Shown: positions 1-12,020 of the stretch, in pieces | Numbering within the stretch: position 1 is the stretch's first letter | How the letters are laid out: each line of letters starts with the position of its first letter | Notes under the pieces: model-generated | The model's database searches: none | The model's input: only the letters and a program-made list of their open reading frames with translations | Told to the model about the DNA's origin: nothing | From: Centroscyllium fabricii | Lineage: Eukaryota | Assembly (NCBI GenBank): GCA_051313645.2 | Contig: JBNRSN020000025.1 | Span: 79,174,001 to 79,238,000, forward strand | Length of the DNA stretch: 64,000 bases | Reading direction: 5' to 3' | Program-made: the position numbers and the translations under genes

Positions 1-213
1 GCAGGTTAGGTGAATTGGAGACACTAAAAATTGCCCATGAGTATGTGTGTGAGATATAGTTCTTAGAGTTGGGGGTGTTGGGGGATATGGGGAGAGGGTA
101 GGAGGGGGGTGCTGGGTTTGGATGATCAGTCATGATCTCATTAAAAATGGCAGAGCAGGCTCGAAGGGCCGAATGGCCTACTCCTGCTCCTATCCTCTGT
201 GTGTTTCTGTGTT
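1..213 (+). mobile_element. 3' part of a V-SINE/HE1-like SINE with a CR1-type tail (continues off the left edge)
   Basis: Near-identical to the reverse complement of 21086-21306; ends in GGCCGAATGGCCTACTCCTGCTCC plus simple repeat, the tail shared by CR1 copies in this window. Confidence 0.8.
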
Positions 214-224
214 TACTGATAGTT

Positions 225-697
225 ATATTCACTCAGTTCTGGTATCATCTTCGTAATTTTTTGCACATTCTCCAATATTTCTGTATCCTTTTGTCATATG
301 CAGACCAGAATTGTTGACAGTATTGCAAATGTGGTCAAACCAAGATTCTATATAAGTTTCACATAATGTCATTGCTTTGGAATTCATTTCCTCTAGAAAT
401 GAACCCCAATGTTATGTTTGTCCTTTTTATGGCTTTGTTAACCTACGTTGCTACTTTTAATGATTTGTGAATCTGTACCCCTCGATCCCTTTGTACCTCT
501 ACCCCATTTAGGCTCTTATTTTACAGGATTAGGTAACCTCCTTATTGCTCCTACCAAAATCCACCACCTCACACTTATCTATATTGAAATTCATTTGCCA
601 TTTAGATGCCCATTCTGCAAGTTTATTAATGTCTTCTTGTAGTTCATCGCAGTTTTCCTCAGTATTAACTATACCCGCCAATTTGGTATCATTGGCG
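225..697 (-). mobile_element. Decayed CR1 LINE ORF2 (RT C-terminal) fragment
   Basis: Minus strand translates to decayed ADDTKL- and YCxQFWS-like motifs colinear with intact CR1 ORF2 at 38621-39622. Confidence 0.7.
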
Positions 698-745
698 AGT
701 GGTGGTTGCAGGCTAAGTGATGGTCGGTGTTGACTTTTTGGAAAG

Positions 746-1034
746 TGTAGTAACCATTATATGTCTACTATTCCTGTGTACCATTATGGCTAATGACGGG
801 CTGTGCAGATGTTAGGCACAGCCCAGTATTCTGTGATACTATTGGGAGCCAGGTCAGCCACACCCCTAACTCCTCCCCCAGGTGAGGCCCGTTATAGGTA
901 AGGTCTGACCAAGGCTCCTTCATTTCTGTACAGTAGTTCGTCTGGAGAGTAGCTCCATTCTTTAGCAATTAAAAGCCTTTCGTTTCGGTAACTACTCGTC
1001 GTCTCTTTTAATTTAAGTTACTGACGATACGTCA
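746..1034 (+). mobile_element. Solo LTR, Gypsy family A
   Basis: TGTAG...CGTCA ends; 5-bp TSD GAAAG (741-745 / 1035-1039); shares GGTCAGCCACACC and AACTACTCGTC blocks with the LTRs at 2588, 24161 and 32842. Confidence 0.9.
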
Positions 1035-1239
1035 GAAAGTTGTTGCGAGCAGTGCCTGATGCTGGTTGTGGGTGACCATGGATTGATATGACCCAGTGTT
1101 GTACTATTTCAGTCATGGATCAGGGCAAGGTCATTACTAGATGCCCAACTTGGAGCTGATCACTCCTTTTGTTGGATTGTGAGCAACCCTAGTCTGTATG
1201 GTGACTATTAAATTCAACACTTTCTAAATGGTAAATCTG

Positions 1240-2208
1240 AAGAGATGTGGGGCTCCAAGTACACAGATCATTAAAATGTCATGGACAGGAACAGGAAATA
1301 ATCAAAAAGCTAATGGAACACTGGCCTTTGTATCTAGAGGACTAGAATACCCGGGGGTAGAAGTTACAGCTATTCCAAACCCTGGTAAGACCACACCTGG
1401 AGCACTGTGAGCAGTTCTGGGCACCACACCTTGGAGGGAGTGCAGTGTAGGTTTACCAGAATGATACCTGGATATCAAGGGTTAATTTATGAGGAGAGAT
1501 TACACAAACTAGGGTTGTATTCCCTGGAATTTAGAAGGTTTAGGGGTGATTTGATCAAAGGCTTCAAGATATTAATGAGAACAGATAGGGTAGATAGAGA
1601 GAAACTAGTTCTGCTGTTTGGGGAGCCGAGGACGAGGGGGGAATAGTCTACAAATTAGAGCCCGACGTTTCAGAGTGAATTTAGGAAACACTTCTACACA
1701 CAATGGGTGGTAGAAGTTTGGAACTTACTTCTGCAAATGGCAATTGACGCTAGATCAATTGTTCATTTTAAATCTGAGATTGATAGCTTTCTGTTAACCA
1801 AACCTATTAAGTGATATGCACCAAAGGCGGGTATGTGGAATTAGGTTACAGATCATAGTAACATAGAAAAATAGGAGCAGGAGTCGGCCTTTCTCTACCT
1901 CAATACCATATTCCCGCTCTCTCCCCATACCACTTGATGCCTTTTGTGTCTAGAAATCTATCTATCTCCTTCTCAAATATATTCAGTGACTTGGCCTCCA
2001 CAGCCTTCTGTGGTAGAGAATTCCACAGGTTTACCACCCTCTGAGTGAAGAAAGTTCTCCTCTTCACAGTCCTAAATGTTCTACACCATATCCTGAGACG
2101 ATGACGCCTTGTTCTCGACACCCTAGCCAGGGAAACATTCTCTCAGCCATGATTCTACTGAATGGCGGAACAGGCACATGGGGCTGAATGGCTTACTCCT
2201 ATTCCTAT
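1240..2208 (+). mobile_element. CR1 LINE 3' portion, interrupted by an antisense CR1 end
   Basis: YEERLHKLGLYSLEFRRFRGDLI motif (ORF 1407-1646); tail resumes at ~2141. Confidence 0.85.
1855..2140 (-). mobile_element. CR1 LINE 3' end
   Basis: FFTQRVVNLWNSLP motif in ORF 1900-2121 followed by the CR1 tail. Confidence 0.85.
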
Positions 2209-2587
2209 GGGCAGGAAATTCGTGAGCGCATGTTTTCGGCGCTAAAATTGGCGCTGCGCTAAAAATTAGCGCCGGCGCTAAATTAGCGCTGAGGCAGCCG
2301 ATATTGGCGTTAGCGCCGTCGTTGCAGATTTCGGCGCTAATTCACGTCTTGCACGGCTTCCAGGCGGCCAATATCTTGCCGCTAATTGCCATTCCCGGGT
2401 GCAGCGCTCCCTCACTAATTGCTTGCTCCCCCATGACCTCTGCAGCCGATTAGGTCTTAAAGGGGAAGCAGAGAAGCATCTTTCCCTCCCCGCTCTCTGA
2501 TCAGCTGCTGACCACGGACCAGCTGCTGACTGCAGGCCTCCCTCCCCCCTCCTCGCACTCTGATCAGCAGCCGTGGGCCTCACTCCC

Positions 2588-4417
2588 TGACGTATCGACA
2601 ATAAGACCAAAGACGAGTAGTTACCTTAACTACAGGCTTTTGTTAACTTGAAGATGGAGCTAGTCTCCAGTTGAACACAAGGCACAGAATGACTGAGGGC
2701 AGGGCAGACCTCACCTATAAAGCTCCCACCTGAGGGGAGGAGTTAGAGGTGTGGCTGACCTGGCCTTACAAGCAGTGTTCTACACACAATACACTAAGCA
2801 ACTATATACATTGGTAATATGGTACAATGCAACTATATACAGTGGTAATATGATTACCAAATTCACCCCTTCTTTGAGAATGAGTCCGGTGTGTGTGTGT
2901 ATGTAGGCCAGTAATCGGTGGATGTTGGTTGATATGTAGGCCAGTGTTCGGTGGATGGTGGTTAGTCGGGCTGAGGCTCGACCGGGGGTTCTGCTCCAGT
3001 GCTCCCGGCAGGCGCCAGGTCTCTGATTGAAACTGTGTCCTCGCGCCCGTCCGGGAATTGCACGTATACATACTGCGGGTTGGCGTGCAGCAGCTGCAAC
3101 TTTTCCACCAGGGGGTCGGTCTTATGGCCGCGGACATGTTTTCTAAGTAAGACCGGCCCCGGCTTCATGAGCCACGGTGGGAGTGCTGTCCCCGAAGTCG
3201 ACTTCCTGGGGAAGGAAAATAACAGGTCGTGAGGTGTAGCGTTTGTAGCCGTACACAGCAGAGAGCGGATGGAGTGGAGCGCGTCTGGGAGGACTTCCTG
3301 CCAACAGGAAACTGGAAGGCCTCTGGACTTCAGGCCCAGGTTGACCGCCTTCCAGATGATCCCGTTCTCCCTTTCTACCTGGCCGTTCCCCCGGGGGTTA
3401 AAACTGGTCGTTCTGCTTGAGGCAACCCCTTTCTGAAGCAGAAACTGACGCAGTTCGTCGCTCATGAACGATGACCCCCGGTCGCTATGGATGTAGCTGG
3501 GGAGGCCGAAAATGGCGAACAGCATGGTGAAGTGTCTTATCACCGTTGCGCTCGTCATATCTGGGCAGGGGAAAGCGAAGGGGAAGCGGGAGAACTCGTC
3601 CACGACCATGAGGAAGTACAAGTTGCGGTCAGTGGAGGGGAGGGGGCCTTTGAAGTCCACACTCAGACGTTCAAAGGGGCGGGTGGCCTTGATGACGTGC
3701 GCCGTGTCTGGCCTGTAAAAGTGAGGTTTGCACTCGGGACAGACAGGGCACTCTCTGGTCATAGCCTTAATCCCCGTGATGGAGTAGGGAAGGCTACGGG
3801 ATTTTAGGAAATGGGCGAGTCTGGTGACAGCCGGGTGGCAAAGGCGATTGTGGAGGTCCTTCAGCCGGTCCAGCTGGGCGCTGGCGCACGTTCCCCTGGA
3901 CAGTGCGTCCGGGGGTTCGTTGAGCTTGCCTGGGCGGTAAAAAATGTCATACTCGTAAGTCGAGAGTTCGATCCGCCACCGCAGGATCTTATCATTCTTG
4001 ATTTTACCCTTTTGTTTATTGTTAAACATAAACGCGACCGACCGTTGGTCGGTGAGCAGGGTAAAATGCTTACCAGCCAGGTAATGATGGCAGTAGCGCA
4101 CTGCCTCCACGATGGCCTGGGCCTCCTTTTCCACTGCTGAGTGGCGAGTTTCGGGTCCCTGTAGGGTCCGGGAGAAAATCGCTACGGGCCTGCCTGCCTG
4201 ATTCAGGGTGGCGGCAAGGGCGAAGTCCGAAGCGTCACTCTCCACCTGCAAAGGGATGGACTCATCAACGGCGTGCATGGTCGCCTTGATGATATCTTCC
4301 TTAATCCGGGCGAATGCCGTTTGGGCTTCTACCGAGAGGGGGAAGACATCAGCCTTGAGGAGCGGTCTGGCCTTATCCGCGAACTGGGGAACCCATTGCA
4401 CGTAATAGGAAAAAAAT
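2588..4417 (-). mobile_element. 5'-truncated Gypsy family A element: RNase H, integrase, PPT and 3' LTR
   Basis: LTR 2588-2861; PPT AGAAGGGGTGAA 2862-2873; pol ORF 2962-4401. Confidence 0.9.
2962..4401 (-). CDS. Gypsy pol fragment (RNase H + HHCC/DDE integrase)
   Basis: ESDASDFAL and TDQRS (RNase H), H..H..C..C zinc finger, VDFKGPLP, HSDRGSSF, NGQVEREN. Confidence 0.85.
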   Translation of the reverse strand: MQWVPQFADKARPLLKADVFPLSVEAQTAFARIKEDIIKATMHAVDESIPLQVESDASDFALAATLNQAGRPVAIFSRTLQGPETRHSAVEKEAQAIVEAVRYCHHYLAGKHFTLLTDQRSVAFMFNNKQKGKIKNDKILRWRIELSTYEYDIFYRPGKLNEPPDALSRGTCASAQLDRLKDLHNRLCHPAVTRLAHFLKSRSLPYSITGIKAMTRECPVCPECKPHFYRPDTAHVIKATRPFERLSVDFKGPLPSTDRNLYFLMVVDEFSRFPFAFPCPDMTSATVIRHFTMLFAIFGLPSYIHSDRGSSFMSDELRQFLLQKGVASSRTTSFNPRGNGQVERENGIIWKAVNLGLKSRGLPVSCWQEVLPDALHSIRSLLCTATNATPHDLLFSFPRKSTSGTALPPWLMKPGPVLLRKHVRGHKTDPLVEKLQLLHANPQYVYVQFPDGREDTVSIRDLAPAGSTGAEPPVEPQPD

Positions 4418-4602
4418 CACGACGATTGGTGATCGCCAAGTGGCACTGCGCTAACATTTAGCACCGGCGTTAATCACTAGGTCAATTTAGCGCCCGGTGC
4501 TAATTTTGGCACAAGGTCGGCGCCGGCCTATTAACGCCGATATTCGGCGCTAATGGGCCGGTGCTAAGGCGGCAATTTCGCGGCCTATGTACCTATGTGG
4601 GT

Positions 4603-4864
4603 CATAGAATCATAGAAAGTTACAGCACGGAAGGAGGCCATTTCGGCCCATCGTGACCGCGCCGGCCAACAAAGAGCTATCCAGCCTAATCCCACTTCCC
4701 AGCCCTCGGTCCGTAGCCCTGCAGGTTACAGCATCCCAAGGGAACATCCGAGTACTTTTTAAATGTGGTTAGGGTTCCTCCCTCTACCACCCTTTCAGGC
4801 AGTGAGTTCCAGATGCCCACAACCCTCTGCGTGAAGAAATTTCCCCTCAAATCCCCTCTAAACC
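4603..4864 (-). mobile_element. CR1/HER1-like LINE 3' end
   Basis: (ATTCTATG)n-type tail; minus strand reads FFTQRVVGIWNSLPERVV. Confidence 0.8.
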
Positions 4865-4869
4865 GGCAG

Positions 4870-6852
4870 GCTGTAAAATGGGTGGGGTGTATAACGGGCG
4901 GGTATATAATGGGCGGGCGTGTATAATGGGCAGGGATTATAATGAGCAGGGTGCATAACGGGAGGGGTGTATAACAGGTGGGGTGTATAACGGGCAGTTG
5001 ATTAATGGGATGGGTGTATAACAGGTGGGGTTTATAACGGGTGGGTGAATAACGGGCAGGTGTATAACGGGTGGGTGTTTAACAGGCGGGTGTATAACAT
5101 GCGGGTATATAATTGGCAGGGTGTCTAATGGGTGAGTATATAACGGGTGGGGAGTGTAACAGGCGGGTGTACAATGGGCGGGGTGTACAACGGGTGGGGT
5201 GTGTTATGGCCGGGAGCATAACAGGCAGGGTGTAGAACAGGCGGGGATATTGCAGATGGGTGTATAACTGGTGGGTGTATAACATGCAGGGTGTATAACG
5301 GGCGGGTATATAACAGGTGGTGGGTATAATGGGTGGGTGTATAATAGGTGGGGTGTATAATGGGCGGGATTATAACGGGCGGGTGTATTGCAGGCGGGTG
5401 TATAACGGACGGGTGTGCAATGGGCTGGTGTATAATGGGTAGGTGTATAATGGACGGGTGTATAGCGGGCGGGTGTATAACGGGCGGGTGTATAACGGGC
5501 GGCTGTATAACAAACCGGTGTATAATGGACGGGCGTATAAGGGGCTGGTGTATAATGGGCTGGGGTATAATGGGCGGTTGTATAACGCACGGGTGTATAA
5601 TGGACGGGTGTATAATGAGCGGGTGTATAATGGGCGGGTGTATAAAGCGCGGGTGTACAATGGACGGGTGTATAACGAGCGGGTGTATAATGGGCGGGTG
5701 TATAATGGGTGGGTGTATAATAGGCGTGTGTATAACGGGCGGGTGTATAACGGGCGGGTGCATAACGAACCGGTGTATAACGGACGGGTGTATAATGGGC
5801 GGGGGTATAATGGGCAGGCGTATAATGGGCGGGGTATAACAGGCGGGTGTATAATGGGCGGCTGCATAATGCGCGAGTGTATAATGGGCGGTTGTGTAAT
5901 GGGCGGGTGTATAACAGGCGAGTGTATACCGGGTGGGTGTAAATAGGCGGGGTGTATAACGGGCATGTTTATAATGGACAGGGTGTACAACAGGTGTGTG
6001 TATAACAGGCGTGTGTGTAATGGGTGGCTGTATAATGGGCCGGTGTATAACGGGTGAGGTGTATAATGGGCGGGTGTATAATGGGTGAGTGTATAATAGC
6101 CAGGGTGTATAATGGATGGTTGTATAACGGGCGGCTGTATAATGGGCATGGTGTATACCTGGCATTTGTAAAATGGACGGGGTGTACAATGGGCGTGTGT
6201 CTAATAGGTGGGTGTATAACAGGTGGATGTACAAGGGGCGGGTTTTATAATGGTAGGGTGTATAACAGGTAGGTGTATAATAGGCAGGTGTTTAACAGGC
6301 GGGTGTTTAACGGGCGGGGTGTATAACATGTGGGTGTATAACGGATGGGTGTATAACTTTTGTGTGTATAACAGGCAGTTGTATAACTGGCTGCGTGTAG
6401 AATGGGCAGATGTATAATGGGCTGGTGTATAACGGGCGGGTGTGTAAGGGGCAGGTGTATAACGGGTGCGTTTATAATGGGTGGGGTGTATAACGGGCGG
6501 GGTGTATAATGTGCGGGTGTATAGCCGGCGGGTGTATAATGGACATGTGTGTAACGGGCAGATGTATAACGGGTGGGGTGTATAATGGGCGGGTGTATTA
6601 CGGGCGGGCTGTATAATGGGCGGGTGTATAATGTGTGGCTGTATAGCCGGCGGGTGTATAATGGGCGGGTGTATTACGGGCGGGCTGTATAACGGGCGGG
6701 CTGTATAATGGGCGGGTGTATAATGTGTGGCTGTATAGCCGGCGGGTGTATAATGGGCATGTGTATAACAGGCGGGTGTAAAACAGGCAGGTGTGTAACG
6801 GGCAGGTATATAACTGGCGGGTGTATAACGGGCGGATGAATAATGGGCGGGT
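4870..6852. repeat. ~2 kb minisatellite with 15-16 bp unit GGGTGTATAA(T/C)GGGC
   Basis: Directly visible tandem array with strong G/C strand skew; explains the YTP/IHPP/GCIMG/YNGRV low-complexity ORFs. Confidence 0.95.
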
Positions 6853-8091
6853 GATCCGATATCACCCATTTAGCGCTTCCAGCCGAAGATGAATTTTACC
6901 CCTAGTGTAAATCTTTTCAGTGTGTCTGATTGCTGAAAACCTGTATCCGTCCCACCCACAGCACCATCTGCAGTGACAGGTATCCATCACACACTCACAG
7001 GATAGGATGAGGACGCAGCATTCACGTGCTGTCTGTTGAATCGAGAGGTTGTAATTGTCTTTGTCGTCACCTTCTGCAGCCCAGCATTACATTTGCAGAT
7101 GTAAAAGTTTTCTTTTTACTTCTCATTGCAATTGCACAATGAAATACTGGCCTTCCCTGAGATGGCGTTATTGACTGTTTTAGCGAAAGCCTCATGAAGT
7201 GTTTATTATAAATTTACAACAGCGAGTTAATAAAAAAAACTTTTACTGCGGCTAATATTAAGGAAAGACTACAGGAGATCAAGACAAGCACAGCAAACTG
7301 GCACTGGCTCACCTTGATTTATGTGAGACCCACAGTTGACATTAAGGATGGTGAGGAGGTGGGAGTCGTCTAACTGTTGCCCGCAGCCAGAGTTCTTCAG
7401 CAGGAGGACATTGAAGAGCTCTTTAGCTGAGCAGACCCTGGCCCCTACCATAATAGTCATGTTCTTCTAGCCCTACCCCCGCAAAAAAACTGCATCTGCT
7501 CCAAGACCAGCATTGATATTCAACGTCAACTAACATTGCAGGGCCCGCTGCTCCTATAGGACTACCCTGCGCACAAAGATTTCAAAACACAGTTAAGTGT
7601 GAGAACTTGTATGAGAAGTTCCCCGTGTGTGAATCCCTAGTTTGTAGTGTTCTCTTGCCAACTCTGCCGCTCCTACCAGGTACAAGTTCTCTTGGGCGTG
7701 AGTTCTTGACCGCAGCCACGAGGAGGACAAGCCTGAACAAGTACGACAGCAGGGAGATGGACTGCAGTATTTTGGGGGAGGGCAGACACCTCTTCCTCCC
7801 GCACATGGCTTCCATCTCTGCTCTCGAGAGTGTTCCGTGCCAAGATAATGAAAGGCATCTTCCGAGCTGGCGATAAGAGCGCGCATCCTGGGTATTTGCT
7901 GCAGATTGGAAGTGGTTCGAGTGGAGTGTTATTGGACTGATGCCTTTCTGTCTGGATTTAGAGCTCAGCAGAGCGTTTCACAACATCTACATTAGAAGTT
8001 GGAACCCCAGAAATCCCCCAGGCTGTGAAGTAGGAAGCTGTAATTGGCCGTCTGACAGTTCATTTCAACACTTTAAATATTTGGAAATATT

Positions 8092-8896
8092 GGGCCAGAA
8101 TTTCGGGTGCCTCAAACCAGATGCCCACGCACGAACGGGTCCAAAATGCCCTGTGCGATGAACGCACGGGAGATGCCCACGGATCCGAGATTTCCGATGC
8201 TGAGGGAGAAGGGCCCTCAGCATCAAACGCAGGAGTGAGTTGCACCCAGAATTTGGGCTCCAAAAGGGTGATTTTTGGTCAGTGATTCTGTGGGCAACGG
8301 GCCCACAAGCTGCACGGGAGAAAATCAGTTGTAACTCGTGCGTGACGGAGTAAAATGCGTTTTTAAACAAGGTAAGTTATTTTTTTACCTTTAATTTTAA
8401 GTTTTAACAGTTTTGGGGAGTAATGTGGCCAGATCGGTATCAATAAATTTGGATGTTAACGTTTTTAAAAAAAAATTACAAATCCGATTTTGAATTGCTA
8501 TACCTATTCCAAATCGCTAATTTTTAAATTTAGAGTTCTGAAATTTTTAACTAATTTAGTGAAGTTAAAAAATGAAGAAAAAAAATCGCTGACTTACCTT
8601 CGGTGAAAAGCTGGTCTGGCCGCGCTGCTCACTGCCGAGTCTGTGAGTGCAGCGCCTCACGTCCCTGCTCTCTCAGGTCCGACTCGCGATCTGTGGGTGT
8701 TTTTTATTTAAATTGGGGATGTGTGGGCGGGGCATACACTGCGCTCCTAGCGTGGCTGGACTGCCACGTTGCGCAGGAAGGGGGTGGAGCCGAGCCGAAA
8801 TGCTGGGAGTAAAAAAAGTGCGATGTTGGTGCAATTCGTTAGCGATCCGCATGGTTCCTAGTTCCCCACCAACCGGCAAACCCGAAATTCTGGCCC
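8092..8896. mobile_element. Harbinger-type MITE
   Basis: 16-bp perfect TIR GGGCCAGAATTTCGGG; 3-bp TSD ATT (8089-8091 / 8897-8899); no coding capacity. Confidence 0.85.
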
Positions 8897-9039
8897 ATTA
8901 CATTTCATACAATTTTAGCATTTAGGAACATAGGAACAGGACGAGGTCATTCAGCCCCTTGAGCTTGTTGCACCATTTAATTAGATCATGGCTGATCCAT
9001 TTATCCGTCTTTTCTGCATATCCATTTCATAGAATCATA

Positions 9040-9726
9040 GGCTGAAAAATTGGCACTCTAACGCTGCCCCATTAGTGCCCTAAAATGGGCGCTACAGGTT
9101 TTAGCACCGGGCGCAAAAACGTTTGCGCCATGCCTAAAATTCACCAAGCGATTAGCGCCGTTGCTAACTGTTAGCGCGCGCTACTTGGCGCGCCTGAATC
9201 CTTGCTGATATCCTGGTGCAACGCCCGCTCCCAGGGGTACACCTGAAATTGACGAGTGGCCGCCTAACTAACGCCCAGCGCTGCCCGCGCCAGCTTTCAC
9301 AAACGCAGCTGAGGTGATGTGGGGCCGCTGGGGCATTCTTTAAAGGGAGACACTTCCTCCCTTTCGTGCGGTGGCCATTTTGTGGGAGATCAGAGAGAGA
9401 GAGAGGGAGGTGAGGAGAGATACAGAGAGAGGCAGAGTGAGGTGAGGAGACATCATATACTGTTTCCCCTCCCCCTTTAAGAGCTGACCGGTGCCAGCAT
9501 TGCTGGGAAGGCCAGGAGTGGCAGATGGAGCGCTGCGCCCGCGCTCGCCACTTAGCGCCTGAATATTGGCCGTTTGCACCCGTGCAACGCTTGATTTAGT
9601 GCTGCAATCTGCAAGGCCGCCCTAAAGCGAATATCGGGAGCTCCGGCCCTAATTTGCACCTGGCGCTAATTTTAGCGCTGCGCCGAGATTAGCGCCCCAA
9701 AACGTGCGCTGACCAATTTTTCAGCC
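9040..9726. mobile_element. Harbinger-type MITE inserted in a CR1 tail
   Basis: 14-bp TIR GGCTGAAAAATTGG / CCAATTTTTCAGCC; imperfect 3-bp TSD (ATA/ACA). Confidence 0.8.
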
Positions 9727-9773
9727 ACAGAATCTTACAGCACACAAAGAAGCCATTCAGCCCATCGTGCCTG

Positions 9774-10250
9774 TTCAAGTTCAAGTTCAAGTTTATTGTC
9801 ACATGTACTAAATACAATCTAGACTGTGAAATGCTTACAGCGATCCGAACGCACCGTGCAACAAGGACATTAAGCTGCCCGGCACGCACGGAGCCCGCAA
9901 GACGTCAGCCATTCTCCAGCGCCATCATCGTTGGTCCCGTTCCTGCTCCGGCTACTCAGTTCGATGGTAATTGTCCTCGACCGCTCCGTTAACTTGCTCT
10001 GCCACTGTTTCTTCCGTTGTTTCTCTTAACTTGATGCCTTTCGGCCCGGGAGCAGCGTCCTAAGGCCTGGGGCCTAGCTTTTGTCCAGACACTATCCCGG
10101 CTCCCCCGAGCTCCGAACTCCAGGCCTAAGGTCTGGGGCCTAGCCTAGCTCTCCTCCAGGTATCATTCCGGCTTCCCCGTGCTCCGAACTCCGGGCCAAG
10201 GCCTGGGGCCCAGCACTCAGCCCGGCGCCATCCAGGCTCCCCCCGAGTCC
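9774..10250 (-). mobile_element. Short retroposed element with a Rex1-type (TTGAAC)n tail and an internal ~66-70 bp tandem repeat
   Basis: TGACAATAAA followed by (CTTGAA)n on the minus strand; splits a CR1 tail that resumes at ~10251. Confidence 0.55.
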
Positions 10251-10444
10251 TTTGTGCCAGCTCTTTCAAAGAGCTCTCCAATTAGCCCCACTCCCCTGCA
10301 CTTTACACTTAGCCCATCACATTTCTATTCTATGTGTTAATGTCCTTTGGATACCTTGTCTGCCTGTTCAGTTGGGCATAAAAGATTCGAAGAACAGGGG
10401 AGGTTTACCAGTGTGCTTGCGGAAAATTTTCTCACAACCAACAC

Positions 10445-10620
10445 AAATTGTCTGGTCATTTATCTGATTGCTGTGTGTGGGAGCTTGCTGTGTGCGGATT
10501 GGTTGTTGAGATTGCCTGTAAAACAAGTGACTACACTTTAAAAAGTACCTCGTTGGCTGTGAAGCACTTTGGAACATCCTGAGGATCTGACAGGCACTAT
10601 ATAAATGCAGGTTCCTTCTC
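10445..10620 (+). mobile_element. 3' part of a SINE with an L2-type tail (SacSINE1-like)
   Basis: Ends GGCACTATATAAATGCA; matches the antisense copy split at 44195-44286 / 54635-54765. Confidence 0.7.
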
Positions 10621-12020
10621 CTTTTGCTCTCATCCTGCTGGATGCCAATGCTGCCCCTTGGAATAGGTTTTTAATATTGCTGTAGACTCCCAGCGCTTTG
10701 AGAACGGTTCCATTTATTCATAGGAACAACAGTCACCACACAAAATCCCACCAGCAAAGCCATTTTGAATGCATAGTTTGTGAGTTTTATTTCTGGCTGC
10801 CATGTCTCCCTCAGTGACTGACTCGCCAGGTCACAGGTGCATCCCTCTGATCGCTGCAACTCCCACACTAGCCAAAATGTCTTGGGATTCTAACGAAGCG
10901 GCGCGTTCCAGACCCCAACCTCCAGCTGCCATTTTCAAACAAAGACCGAGGCCAATGCAGACTATCCAAGGGCGAGGGCTTTTTTAATGCTAACGGGAAG
11001 ACATATTTAAAATCGGGATGTCCTGGGAGAGAAGGACAGACCGCCGCCCAGCTGGAGCACTCCTGAGACACTGAGGCAGCGGCCTCGATTGACAGATGTC
11101 AACGTTTCTGCGCCTGCTGCTGTGACTGAGGGCTGGGGTTCATTAAGCAGCTCGGGGTAGCATATGGGTCGGCCCCGCGGAGCGCAGTCGCACTGGAGCG
11201 CGCGCAGCTGAGCCTTAAAATGAACTCGTGAGAAACACCACTGTGAGCACTGCTCACATTGAAGCAGGTCATTTATAGATATATTGCTTGGCCTATTACT
11301 CACTGACATCTCCTAATGTGGCAAATTCCTAGCTTCAGTGCCACCGATCTGAGGCTAGGCCTTCAAAGAGCACAGTATACCTGTCACTGATGAAAATTGA
11401 TGTCATCTGCCAGCAGCTATAGTTTACTGACAATTTATTTATTTATTCTGCTGCTGTGTAGGAGCAGCTAGGGTCACCACTCACTCCTCTCTGTCATTCA
11501 GGAAATCATTTTAATGGACAACTGTTGCAATGAAATATGACTCTGTCTAATGACTGCCCTCTTAAATCAACAATCTACTGTATATCTTAGGTAGGCTGTG
11601 GACAAATCCATAAAATAACCACATTCTCATGGGTCTCTTATATGTGTTTACAGGTAGCTTCATGTTCTGTCAATAGACTAGCAAGGCACTAACAGTCAGT
11701 CTATGAGAAGCCTGGGCTTTCCAAAGCTCGCTATCATTCAGTCCAGAGAGGAGCAGGCTCCAAGGTTATTGAATTCTCTGTGTGCCAGCTGTTTGTGTTT
11801 CTTGTTCTCGCTGTTCCTTTGGTCATTTGATAAGTTCCAGTCAATCTCGGCAGATGTTGACTACACAAAGCAGCATTGTTTCGAATCAGAAACCTAAGAC
11901 TTGACTGAACATGAAATCTTAATTAAGGCTGTCGTATATTATAACTAAACTAAACCTTACTTCACCCAGATATGGAAACTCAATTGTGTGTTTTTACACA
12001 AAGTATTGAAAGAAAAAAAA

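Larger units (their letters stand above)
2209..4585. mobile_element. Harbinger-type MITE (GCGCTAA-rich family) hosting a Gypsy fragment
   Basis: Imperfect TIRs GGGCAGGAAATT / AATTTCGCGGCC; 3-bp TSD TAT (2206-2208 / 4586-4588); internal motifs shared with 9040-9726 and 12021-13022. Confidence 0.65.

Noticed and set aside
5079-6869. Long His/Pro/Tyr-rich ORFs
   Set aside because: By-products of a 15-bp tandem repeat open in several frames on both strands.
10900-11230. CCAAT, TATTTAAA and CpG cluster as a host promoter
   Set aside because: No convincing first exon or donor; motifs too short to support a call.
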